Position numbers and translations under genes: made by a program. The notes beneath the pieces were generated by a model. It did not search any database. It worked only from the letters and a program-made list of their open reading frames with translations, and was not told where the DNA came from. Positions 11,676-23,650 of a DNA stretch of 64,000 bases are shown in pieces. This DNA is from Octopus vulgaris (Eukaryota): the NCBI GenBank assembly GCA_951406725.2, contig OX597826.1, positions 67,890,001-67,954,000 of the forward strand. Reading direction: 5' to 3'. Numbering within the stretch: position 1 is the stretch's first letter; the number at the start of each line of letters is the position of its first letter.

Positions 11676-12507
11676 GTAATCCTCCTCCTCCTCATATATA
11701 TATCGTGAAACAACTCTTCTCCTATAATTCACGACACGAAATTTATTGTGAAAGCGTTTCCTAATTGCAATAAAAAATTCTTCAATCTCAATTTTTAGCC
11801 CTTCGTTTCCCAGTCTGTGATTCGTGGAGTTTTCATTTCCTATTTCCACCCAGCTCCACGTTGTTTTTTTTTCAGTATTTGTCATTTAGACAATTTCCTT
11901 ACATTTAAATTATTACAGAATACCATCACTCTATTTTGATCTTGGTTGATAGCTCTCTTACTATTATTGCAATTTCACCTTCTCTCCTCATAACTGCTTC
12001 GAAATTCACCTTATGTCTGTTTTCTTTTTTGGGGGCTCTCTTGAAGTATAGAAAATAATTTTTATATTTGTAAGACTTTTCTTATTGATTATTACATACT
12101 TTTGTGGTGAAACAATGGATACATTATAATAATTTTATAGTTACATAGCGTCCATTATTTATTGCGAATATAAAAAGATTGTTAGATGTTGTGCGGCGTA
12201 TACTTAAATACAGTTTATTTATCTTGGTTTTATATTCTAGACTTGATAATTCATTTAATTAGCAGATAATGATTACAACTTAGTAGTCGGACAGTTAGCA
12301 TAATGTTGCCTTTAACCTTATCTTTTCTCACTTAAGCTCTGTTTTAAGTAATAATTTAATACATCTATAATATCCGCCCTTAATCTTTTCTTTCATTTGT
12401 GCATATTTTATAGTGTTTTCTGAGTATTTCTAATTCTGCGCTTAGTCTAATTCTCTTACCGTTTGTTATTTATCTATAAATGATAGTCTTCTTAACATTT
12501 CTCTGTT

Positions 12508-13129
12508 CATAAGGCAGCGAGCTGGCAGAAACGTTAGCACGCCGGGCAAAATGCTTGGCGGTTTTTCGTCTGCCGCTACGTTCTGAGTTCAAATTCCGCC
12601 GAGGTCGACTTTGCCTTTCATCATTTCGGGGTCGATTAAATAAGTACCAGTTACGCACTGGGGTCGATGTAATCGACTTAATCCATTTGCCTGTCCTTGT
12701 TTGTCCCCTCTGTGCTTAGCCCCTTGTGAGTAGTAAAGAAATAGATATTTCGTCTGCCGTTACGTTCTGAGATCAAATTCCACCGCGGTCGACTTCGCCT
12801 TTCATCCTTTCGAGATCGATAAATTAAGAATCAGTTACGCGCTGGGGTCGATATAATCGACTTAATCTCTTTGTCTGTCATTGTTTGTCCCCTTTATGTT
12901 TAGCCCTTCGAGGGCAATAAAGAAATATGAAACGTTAGCACGTTGGGCGAAAAGCTTAGCAGTGTTTCGTCTGTCTTTACGTTCTGAGTTCAAATGCTGC
13001 CGACGTCAACTGTGCCTTTCATTCTTTCGGGGTCGATAAATTAAGTACCAGTTGCGCAGTGGTGTCTATCTAATCGTCTGGCCCCTCCCACTCCGAAACT
13101 TTTCGGGCCTTCTACCTTGAGTAGAAAAG
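12508..13129 (+). mobile_element. Family-A SINE trimer within one 14-bp TSD
   Basis: Head unit plus two further units. AACATTTCTCTGTT at 12494-12507 and 13130-13143. Confidence 0.9.
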
Positions 13130-13235
13130 AACATTTCTCTGTTTCTCTTTACCTTACACTTTTACTTGTTTCTGCGGCCATGTGTTCGGCCCTGGGTGTC
13201 AATAAAGAAAGAATTATTTTTTAAAATTATTATTA

Positions 13236-13790
13236 TTGAGTGAGAGAGCACTGCATGCTATCAAAGTGATACTGGGGTAAAATATACGAAGCCCAGTATA
13301 CCCATCATGACTACCCGTCTGATAAGGGTACACTAGGCACATGCATCACAACCATATGTGCGCGACATGTTGATCTCATATCAAGATAAACAGCACATAA
13401 CTTTGTAGGTGGGACCAAGTTAGAATTTCCTTCTGGTCGAGTAAAATCCCGCTCAAAAGGTCCCTGAATAAGGGTTGTTTAAGGATGTTGAACGACTCCC
13501 CTCACCATGTTTCCAAAGGTGAATTAACCAAACCTCCAAGAATTAATCTCAACACACCGCTATGATGCTCCCCCACTACTTCTGCTTGTGATCAGAGATA
13601 CACATAACGTCAACCACGAAGGGACAGGATCAACGGTTTAAGGTCAAGCAACTGATAGGTGAATTATCAAAGCCTCCAAAAATTCCTTTCAATACACCGC
13701 TATGATACTCCACCGCTACATCTGCTCATGATCAGAGATGCACATAACGTCAGCCACTAAGGGACATGGTCAACTGGTTAAGGTAAAAAA
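13236..13790 (-). mobile_element. Unclassified retroposon-like repeat with (AAT)n 3' tail and ~135-bp internal duplication
   Basis: GC-richer island. 13518-13655 is duplicated at 13657-13790. On the minus strand it ends CTCTCTCACTC-(AAT)n. Confidence 0.5.
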
Positions 13791-13794
13791 ACAA

Positions 13795-13927
13795 CATATT
13801 ATTATTATTATTTCTTCCTCTTCTTCTCCTTCTTCTTCTTCTTCTCCATCTTCTTCTTCTTCTTCTCCTTCTTCTTCTTCTTCTTCTTCTTCTTCTTCTC
13901 CTTCTCCTCCTCCTCCTCCTCCTTCTT

Positions 13928-13997
<70 letters not shown>

Positions 13998-14059
13998 ATC
14001 ATTATTATAACTATTATTATTTTTATCATTATTATTATTATAACTGTTATTATTATAAC

Positions 14060-14114
<55 letters not shown>

Positions 14115-14179
14115 ACTACCATTATTATAACTATTATTATTTTTATCATTATTATTATTATAACTGTTATTATTATAAC

Positions 14180-14210
<31 letters not shown>

Positions 14211-14275
14211 ACTACCATTATTATAACTATTATTATTTTTATCATTATTATTATTATAACTGTTATTATTATAAC

Positions 14276-14306
<31 letters not shown>

Positions 14307-14462
14307 ACTACCATTATTATAACTATTATTATTTTATCATTATTATTATTATAACTGTTATTATTATAACTATTATTATTATTATTATTATAACTATTAT
14401 TATTACTATTATTATCATTATTATTATTATTATTATTATAACTATTATTATTACTATTATTA

Positions 14463-14493
<31 letters not shown>

Positions 14494-14540
14494 CATTATA
14501 ACTATTATTATTATTATTATTATAACTATTATTATTACTA

Positions 14541-14622
<82 letters not shown>

Positions 14623-14647
14623 CATCATTATTACTATTATTATTATT
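13795..14647. repeat. (TTC/TCC)n tract followed by (ATT)n-derived higher-order array
   Basis: Direct reading; the module ATAACTA(C/T)CATTATTATAACTATTATTATTTTTATCATT...ATAACTGTT recurs about 4 times. Confidence 0.95.
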
Positions 14648-15750
14648 GCAGCTTACTATTTGTAATCTGCAAGTAAGCGTTTTCCAGTGGGTCTCTAGTT
14701 TGTACATTCGCCACTTTATCTCCTTATAACTTGAAACAACAGTTTTTCTCTGTTTTACTCTGGCTCCTTCAATATCTTATTAAACATCTCTGTTAGCGCT
14801 TTTTTTTATTTTTCCACCTGTTAGAAGTTTTAACATGAATATTGTTGTCTTTTTTTTTTCTGCTTTTGGTCAGTTTTCGTTTAATTGTGGTTTCTGGGCA
14901 AACTCTTGTGGTGATGTGTCTTCCCCACGGTTGTTCAGGTGTTGCGTTCTTGATAAAATAGTTTTGCGTTGGAGACGGTCTTTTTTGTATTTTTTTTTCC
15001 TTTTTTTTTCAAAAGAATCGTTCTCGATTATTGTTCCGAGAGATATCATGCGATTAACCAAAGATCTCTCGTTTCCGGCGCTATTTCATTTCAAGTATTT
15101 GTTTCTTTGTTATATTATACATATTTAGTGTTTCTTTCTCCATCATTTTCCACTTCTGTATTTTCTTTATTGATTTCTCTAAAGATCGAGAATACTTTTC
15201 TTATATTTTCTACATTCTTCCTTATGTTTGTTTTTCATTTCGTTCACCCTGGGTTTTAATATTCTTACATGCGTAGATATGATGGAATTAGAAATGTCCG
15301 TTCTAGCTATTGTGACTACCGCATATTTATTTCGGTTTACAAGGTGATATTGATGTTAAGTATCATTTTTCATTAAAATTGTGATTGGGAAGTACTTTTA
15401 TGGATTCGAGGCAGATGATTATTTGGTGAGTTTAATTCTGTCATTATTTCCATTTTTATAATAATATCACATCTATGATTTCCATCTTTTCAATATCCTA
15501 CTCCTACATTTATCTGATACTCACTTTTATTCTTTGCTCTACATTCGCTGTTCTTGGTCAGTGTTCTCAGGTTTATCTATACTTTCCTCTTCTTGTCTCC
15601 TGTTCTGTTATCATTTACTCTCTATCTTGTGCAACCGAACAATGTGTTCGGTAGCGTTTTTGTCACTGTCACATGTTCAGAATTTAGGTGTTCCGAGTCT
15701 AAACTATTCTTCTTTGTGAGAATTTTGTAGCAACGTATAACATCAACGGA

Positions 15751-15822
15751 TAGGCGTAGGAGTGGATTGGCTGTGTGGTACGTAGCTTGCTTACGAACCA
15801 CATGGTTCCGGGTTCAGTCCCC
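15751..15822 (+). mobile_element. Family-B SINE 5' head (truncated)
   Basis: TAGGCGTAGGAG..TGGCTGTGTGG...GGTTCCGGGTTCAGTCCC, as at 34295 and 54107. Confidence 0.85.
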
Positions 15823-16113
15823 CTTCAAGCCTAGCCAGGCTCATGAACCCGGTTTCCCGGTTTCTGTGGTGTATGTGTTCCCACCAGCTGGACGGGACAA
15901 CAGTCCATCGCAGCGTTACTTTCAGAAACAGGAAGAGAGAGTGAGAGAAAGTTGTGGCGAAAGAGTACAACAGGCGATGCCACCACCCTTACCGGATATC
16001 GTGGAGCTTTTAGTGGTTTTCGCTAAATAAACAGACACAACGCCCGGTCTGGGAATCGAATCCGCGATCCTCCGACCGCGAGTCCGCTGTCCTAACCACT
16101 GAACCATTGCCCC
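15823..16113 (-). mobile_element. Family-C SINE with V-domain-like tail
   Basis: Head as at 3515-3697. Tail CTGCGATGGACTG..CCCGTCCAG...GAAACCGGGAAACCGG shared with 24690-24790. Confidence 0.85.
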
Positions 16114-16167
16114 TGTTCGTCGTTATTTTAGAGAGGAGACCGTAGATTACCACTATGCGATTGACAT

Positions 16168-16268
16168 CTCTTCTTCTTCTTCTTCTTCTTCTTCTTCTTC
16201 TTCTTCTTCTTCTTCTTCTTCATCTTGTTTTTGTTGTTCTTCTTCTTTTTGCTGTTGTTGTTGTTGTT

Positions 16269-16299
<31 letters not shown>

Positions 16300-16414
16300 T
16301 TTTTCTTCATCTTGTTTTTGTTGTTGTTCTTCTTCTTCCTCATCTTGTTGCTCTTCTATTTCTTTTTCTTCATCTTGTTTTTGTTGGTCTTCTTTTTCTT
16401 CTTCTTCTTCTTCT

Positions 16415-16479
<65 letters not shown>

Positions 16480-16500
16480 TTCTTCTTCTTCTTCTTCTTC
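16168..16500. repeat. (TTC)n/(TTG)n tract
   Basis: Direct reading. Confidence 0.95.
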
Positions 16501-17149
16501 TACCATGCGGTTAGTCGGGTGACGCAGAATACCTTTCAGGAATCTTCCTATGTGTGAAAAGAAAAATAGTTTCCCGTTCTCTGGTATATATATGAATTAA
16601 GAAGTATTGCAGTGGACAAGATCGTGTACTCTGGCGCCAGGACCGTTATACCCTTGTCAAGCATTCATTAAGTTCATCAAAGACTACGCGTGACCATGGA
16701 GATAAAATTCTTATTCCTCCCGCAAATTTTCTGAAATGTATGTAAGAAAGGTAAACATAATCTAAGTGATTGACATTACGTTCAGTATGCACTTATAATC
16801 TCAAGAGCTCAAATGTGACCGAACACGTCCTTGACAATTTGCATTAATATATACTATATGATATTTCTCTGAATGACCATGTTTACCTGATTTCGGGAAA
16901 GGACTATTTCGTCGTATGTCTCTGTATTTTTGTTGTTGTTTTTATCTCATGACCATTGCACATTGACAGAATAACATATTGTATATTATTTATCAATATA
17001 AACCTAATACCTGTAATATAAATTTAAAAAAAATAACCATGACATTTTTAATATCCAGTGGACGAGGAAGGTATTTTGTAAGTTCTTACTTGCAGAATCG
17101 CTCTCCAATACATCTAAAGTGTCTCCCATTTTCAGCCATCGCCATTTTG

Positions 17150-18093
17150 ATCATGATGACTATAGACATCGTCTTCATCGTCGTCGTCATCATTATCATC
17201 ATCATCATCATCACCACTACCACCACCATTTCATTACCATCATCCTCGTCGTTGTAATCACCGTCTTACTGTTGTTTTTGTTGGTGTTCTACTTCTTCGT
17301 TTTCTTCTACTTCTCCTCCGTTTCCTTCTTCTTCTTCTTCTTCTTCTTCTTCTTCTTCTTCTTCTTCTCCTCCTCCTTCTTTTTTTTTCTTCTTCTTCCA
17401 CATCTCGTTGTTGTTCTTCATCTTCTCCTTTTTCCTTCTCTTCTTTTTCTTGTTATTGTTGTTGTTGTTCTTGCTGCTGTTCTTCTTCCTCTCCTTTTTC
17501 CTCTTCTTCTTTTTCTTGTTGTTGCTCTTCTTCTTCCTCCACTTTCTTCTCCCCCCGCCATTTATCTACGCTTTCTCTTTCGCTTTTCCTGTTCCTCTTC
17601 CATATGTCATCATCTTCTCCCACTTCCTCCACCTCCACTTCATCTTCTTCGTTACATTGTCATCTTCCTAACAGTACTAGTTGTAACAGCAGCAACAGCA
17701 GCAGCAGCAGTGGTTCTTGTTGATGTATGATTCACACCGTAGACATTACCACTACTAGTTTACGCTGGTTTTCACTCTTCTCTGCCAACCAAACGACATA
17801 ACTGCTATATATTTATATATATATATATTTATCCGTTTATTTATTTATTCCTTTATTATTTATCTATTTATTTTAGTTGTCACCATTGTTATCATTTTCC
17901 AGCTAATGTCATTGTTAGTTTGTTGTTATACTAATTTGTTTTTGTTTTTTTTTTTGTTCTCATTATTCAGAAATACGACAACGATAATGATGAGGATGAT
18001 GATGATGATGGAGGGAGTAAAGGTGATTTTTGATATTAGTGATGATGAGGCTAGCGATGTCGATGATGATGATGATGCTGTTGTTGTTGTTGT

Positions 18094-18139
<46 letters not shown>

Positions 18140-18170
18140 AACGATGATGATGACGACGACGACGATGGTT
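17150..18170. repeat. Low-complexity trinucleotide region: ATC/TTC/TTG then (GAT)n
   Basis: Direct reading. Confidence 0.9.
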
Positions 18171-18389
18171 GAAGTCGATATATTCTTTAGCCAAGTAGTT
18201 AATAGGTTACGCTGAAAGGCAGCCATACTTTATATATCGTATGATCAACGAAGTGAAAAGCTAGCGTGACAACTTGTTAATCTGGTGTGTGCAGAGTTAT
18301 TTGTTCGCTCTTCTTTGTTTGCTTGTTTCTTTGCTAATAGTTTTAGAGAAAGGATCTTTCTGGCGACTGGGGAAAATATAGTAAGACTG

Positions 18390-18430
18390 ACAGAAAGAGT
18401 GAGAGTGAGAGAGTGAGAGAGGGGTGAAAG

Positions 18431-18466
<36 letters not shown>

Positions 18467-18680
18467 TAATATACAAGTCACAGAGTTATAGACATAGAAA
18501 GTACAAGAGAAAAAAGCAAGATATAACAGAATTTAAGATAGATAGATAGAGAGTTAGAAAGAGAGTGAGAGAGAGAGAGAGAGAGAGAAAGAGAGGAAAA
18601 GAAAGAAGAAAAAAGAGAGAGATTAAGTGAAAGTCAGAAATGATATAGAATATGAATACGCACATACACTTTAATGACTG

Positions 18681-18743
<63 letters not shown>

Positions 18744-18776
18744 ACATATATTATATATACACATATATATATATAA

Positions 18777-18809
<33 letters not shown>

Positions 18810-19110
18810 CATACATATATATATATATATACATATATATATATCATATATATATCATATATACATATATATATATATATACTATATATATATTGTGTCT
18901 TACGTACTCATGCATCATACATTTGCATACACACGCTCATACCCACACACAGACATTAAAACAACAGAAAGTGGCCATTACTTATATGTAGAGTATAAAC
19001 GGTTTGACTTTCTAACCTCTGTTTCGTGTATATGTATGTATACGCACACACAACGACGGTCACCCCTCATACAAACAGACACACACGCACACACACACAT
19101 ACACTCACAC
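18390..19110. repeat. (GA)n, (TA)n and (CA)n tracts
   Basis: Direct reading. Confidence 0.9.
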
Positions 19111-19329
19111 AGACGCGTATATTTGTGTATAAGACGAGTCATGTAGAGGAGGAACGTAAGGAAGATTAGAACGAGAAAGAACAAGGAAAATGGCGACATT
19201 GACCATGACGTTATGATGAAAAGGAGAGGAGGAGGAGGGAGAGGAGGAGGAGAAGGTTTGTGTTCATTGTAGGGTGTTTGTGTGTTTACATGCATGTTAT
19301 ATGTATATATATATATATATTTGTGTGTA

Positions 19330-19500
19330 TTCAATTCTGGCTCATCGTCTTTTTTTTATAAGTGGCAATCGTCTGAGAGTACAAGGCACCCAAATCCCGA
19401 AGCGGATCCCAGTTCAGCTGTTGCTTGTGTTCAATTTAAGATAGATGGACAGTGGAACCAGGAGAAATGAAGTGTGCGTTTAAATATATGCATACAAAAC
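19330..19500 (+). pseudogene. C-type lectin domain-like fragment (C-terminal half) with in-frame TGA
   Basis: FNSGSSSFFYKWQSS...P...AVACVQFKIDGQWNQEK*SVRLNIC matches the CTLD pattern DGS..Y..W....P....CV.....G.WN...C...L..IC. TGA at 19468-19470 occupies the conserved Cys position. Confidence 0.45.
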
Positions 19501-19519
19501 AACGTATCCATCCCCAATG

Positions 19520-19614
19520 CTTGGTATCTTCGGCAAGTGTCTTCTACTATTGCCCCAGCCCGACCAAAGCCTTGTGAGTGGATTTGGTTGACGGAAACTG
19601 AAAGTAGCCCGTCG

Positions 19615-19645
<31 letters not shown>

Positions 19646-19870
19646 GGTGTATGTATATGCTTGTGTGTGGTGTGTATGTGTTTGTCCCCGACCATCGCTT
19701 GACAACCGATGTTGTGTTATGTTTAAGTCCCCGTAACTTACCGGTTCGGCTAAGAGACCGATAGAATAAGTACTAGACTCACAAAGAACAAGACCTGTGG
19801 TCGATGTGTTCGATTAAAGGCGGTGATCCAGCATGGCCGCTGGCAACATGACTGAAACAAATAAAAGAAT
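19520..19870 (+). mobile_element. Family-B SINE (5'-truncated) with expanded internal microsatellite
   Basis: GGCAAGTGTCTTCTACTAT (CORE-like), GACGGAAACTGAAAG, and 3' GGCGGTG..CCAGCATGGCC..GACTGAAACAA. Confidence 0.88.
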
Positions 19871-21149
19871 ATGTACGTATATGTGTACGTTAACGCTGTG
19901 TATTCTCTGCTATATTTTCAGTGTGGCACAAATTAAACACAGCAAAGATAACGCTCAAGTGTGCCAAATCTAAATAAACCCCTTCTCACGGATAGAAAAA
20001 AGGGATCTACGTTAACAGTTTTCCGTCATGTTTGATTTTCATAAGCTATAGATTACTATTTGATTTGGCCAAGGAGATAATTATAGCTAATAACTATATA
20101 TGGTCACTAAATTTAATGAGTTTGTTCAACCGATTAGCTAAGTTTACGTAAATATTGATGTGTTAGTTATTTAAACTACCTAATTATTCATGTTCATTCT
20201 CGGCTGTATCTCTAATGAGGAGTAAAGTAAACATTTTTTCGCAACACTTAGAAAAATGTCGCTTTATTATGTTATAAACAAATGTCGGTTTTTCTTTCAC
20301 TTGATATACAAGTAAATACGGATCTACATTACAGCTTTCAAATCTCGTTTGATTCTTCTCAGAGATAGCGTAGCATTTCTTGTGTATATGGGTTGAAGGG
20401 CATCTAGTAGAAATACCTAAACACTAAATGAAGTCTTTGCTTACCTGATTAGCTCAAAAACAGTCATTTGTTTAAAGTTGCCGCAATACAGAGACCTTTT
20501 TCTTGCTATAGATATAGTGGATGATAAACGCAGTTTAGTAATGACTACACTTCAATAAGATGCCTGAATAACAATATTTGTACAAATCGAGCTAATCAGT
20601 GAAGCAAACTAAATACATTTACTGATAGTGTACATCTGTTAGCTATATATCTATCCGTGGGCAGATCAAATGAAAAGCCATTCCTTTTGAACTACACATG
20701 ATTGGTGAAGCCAGTCAGGTTTTGAGTTGTGATAATACAGCGAATGATCCAGTGTTTCATTAGAACACGGTTCACACTACGGCAATAACGGTATGTATGG
20801 TTCTAGATACATAACACAAACACATACATAGGTACATATGTGAAACTATGTAGTGGAAATACAAACAAGATATATTTAACTATTTCTCCGTAGACTAAAA
20901 ACAAACAATTGACGAATAGCCTCAATAGATTTTGGAACCTTCGTTAATTCTCGTCAGAGATATCTACTTTCACTTGATCAACCTCAGAGATATAAGTGGC
21001 CTATCGGTTTGTATACACAACAAATTGAGCAGCTTCATAGAACCGGATCTCCTAATTTATCTACACTGATATTTAGAACTATTTGATATCAGCATCGTAT
21101 CAACGGGGATCTCAGACCACACGGTATCAAGGTATGTTATCTTATATGT

Positions 21150-21365
21150 GTGAAGGTGCGTGGCCTGAATGGGCGACGCGTTGTGTTGTTGAGCAAGACA
21201 CTTCATTTCCATTTCTCCATTCCCCTGTTGGTCATGAGGGATTGCAGGCCTGCTCACCTAGTGAGCGGGGTGGCGACATACGAAGGCTAAAACAAGCAAA
21301 AGCGCATTGTGACTGTCGATGTGTAACAACATCTGATAGCCTGGTCGGTTACGAGTCACATGAAG
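21150..21365 (+). mobile_element. Diverged tRNA/CORE-like SINE with tail F
   Basis: GTGAAGGTGCGTGGCCT...TTGAGCAAGACACTT, then the reverse complement of 3391-3510. Confidence 0.7.
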
Positions 21366-21957
21366 CAGAAAACTTTCAAACATGGAGTATATATTTTTTG
21401 GAAGTTCAATTCTAGGGACAAAAATTTTATAAACAATCGGGCAGTATTTTGCGGGCACATAATAATTGTCTGTTACCAGACAAAACTGGCAGACCAGCAC
21501 GCGGATTGCTCACGTCCGTCTTCCTTGAAATCCACGGACAATGACCATGTACTTGGTGGTTTACTGTTTTCTATTATTGTGTTACGCAACTCCGATTTTT
21601 TCAGTAGGTGTTGGTTCCATGTTTCTCTTTGGCATATTTCACTAGTTCAAATTTCAATGCTATATCGTATTTATATCACCTTTAAAAGTCTACACAAGTG
21701 TGGGATGTAACCTGTAGGGCAGAAAATGGCTTGTGATATGAGATCTGGTAACGAGTAAATAAAGTTCTGGATATTTATGTGTCAAATCCCCTAACATTTC
21801 TATTAACTGAAAAGGGAACCTAACCTTGCGTAATTTCGCAATAGAATGCACTTTCGCACCACTACTATTAGTAAGAGACAAATTTTACAGTAGCAAAGAC
21901 AGAATAATTGCCGAGCAGTTCAAGTGAAAGCCTTTTTTTATTATTTACTGGGTAATT

Positions 21958-22130
21958 AAGGTGGAGAGCTGACAAGACCGGAAAAATTCTTAGCGGCATT
22001 TCATCTGTCTCTATGCTTTGAGTTCAAATTCCAACGACGTCGAGTTTGTTTCTATCATTTTGGGACCAATGGTAATCGACTTATTCCCCCCACATCGAAT
22101 TTGCTGGCTTTGTGCCAAAATTTGAAACTT
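21958..22130 (+). mobile_element. Diverged family-A SINE
   Basis: GGTGGAGAGCTGACA..., GAGTTCAAATTCC, 3' TTGTGCCAAAATTTGAAAC. Confidence 0.75.
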
Positions 22131-22729
22131 ATATTAAATAATGAAATGACGAAGTAACAGTCTTTCAAATGAGTTGTTTTCAGATAATCCTAAGAAACCT
22201 ACAGCGACAGTATATTAACTAGCATAGTGAAAAAAGATGCTTAGTGAAATTTCAAAATATATTTTATAAAAATATCTGCAATTTTATTGCAAAGAGTGTC
22301 ATAATCCGTTTCTCTCTCTCTCGACTATTAAGCACACCGATAGCAACAGCAACAAAAACGCTTTAAGCTGTCTGTATTTTTGTGGTACATTTTCACTCAA
22401 TATTCTACATTAATATTTGAAATACTCGTTTCCGTACTAATAATTTATTCCTATAAGTTTTACCATTATTTTAAGGTAATATTTTGCAATATTTTTAACA
22501 TTGCATTCTATAGACACATTTATCATTATATTCTGTAAACATTTTTTACACCTTATTCTGTGGTAGTGTTGAATACTTTATTCTATGTTCGTTATTTAAT
22601 GGTATATTCTAAAGTAATACGTTCACATACTATATTATGTATTACTAATTTAACCATATTCTCATATAGTAATATTTTAAAACTCTATATTTTACAGTAG
22701 TGCTTCAACATTTTATTATTCTACAAGCA

Positions 22730-23132
22730 TGAGGCAGCGAGCTGGCAGAATCGTTAGCATGCTGGTCGAAATGCTTTGCGCTATTTCGTCTGCCGTTACG
22801 TTGTGAGTTCAAATTCCGCCGTGGTCAACTTTGCCTTTCAAACTTTCGGGGTCGATAAATTAAGTACCAGTTACGCACTGGGGTCGATGTAATCGACTTA
22901 ATCCGCTTGTCTGTCCTTGTTTATCCTCTCAGTGTTTAGCCCCTTGTGGGTAGTAAAGAAATAGGTATTTCATCTGCCGTTACGTTCTGAGTTCAAATTC
23001 CACCGAGGTCGACTTTCCCTTTCATCGTTTCGGGATCAATAAATAAAATATCAGTCAACAATAGGGGTCGACGTGATCAAATGTCTCCTCCCCCCCCAAC
23101 ATTTCAGTCGTTGTGCCTACAGTAGAAAGGTC
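22730..23132 (+). mobile_element. Family-A SINE dimer
   Basis: Head unit, junction AAAGAAATAG|GTATTTC at ~22964, then a second unit. Probable TSD TATTCTA(C/T)AAG at 22717-22727 and 23133-23143. Confidence 0.88.
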
Positions 23133-23239
23133 TATTCTATAAGTGTTTTTTGTCACTGTATATTTTCTGTGAACATGTTAATCCTTCATTCAGCTGCTTG
23201 GTTAAAATGATATTCCATGGCAATATTTTAACCATATTA

Positions 23240-23650
23240 AGATGAGTGACTGACAGAATCGTTAGTACGCCGGGCAAAATACTTAGCCATATTTCATCCG
23301 TCTTTTCGTTCTGAGTTCAAATTGCGCCGTGGTCGACGTTGCCTTTAATCCTTTCGGAGTCGATAAAATAAGTATCAGTTAAGCACCAGGGTCGATGTAA
23401 TCGACTTATTCCCTCCCTCGAACTTACTAGCCTGGTGCCAACATTTAAAAACCAAGGAGGTGAACTGGCAGAACCGTTTACCAGCATTTCGACTGCCTTT
23501 AAGTTCTGAGCTCAAATACCACCGAGGTCGGCTTTGCCTTTCAGCTTCCCAGGGTCGGTAAAATAAGCTCCAGTTGAACACTGGTATCGATGTAATTGAT
23601 TTACTCCCTACCCCTCAATTTGCTTACCTTGTGTCAAAATCTGAAACCAA
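23240..23650 (+). mobile_element. Two tandem family-A SINE copies
   Basis: Two heads (~23245 and ~23457), each with a B-box, GTCGA..AAAATAAG and a TGTGCCAA/TGTCAAAAT tail. Confidence 0.82.

Noticed and set aside
11880-12480. Possible LINE endonuclease/ORF1 relic on the minus strand (RREGEIAIIVR)
   Set aside because: A single short motif in AT-rich sequence; insufficient support.
12524-12538. GAAACGTT in family-A heads
   Set aside because: Part of the tRNA D-arm/A-box region; no upstream CUGANGA.
13590-13790. Possible HDV-like ribozyme at the 5' end of the minus-strand repeat
   Set aside because: A P1/P3-like pairing can be sketched, but P1.1 and P2' could not be placed.
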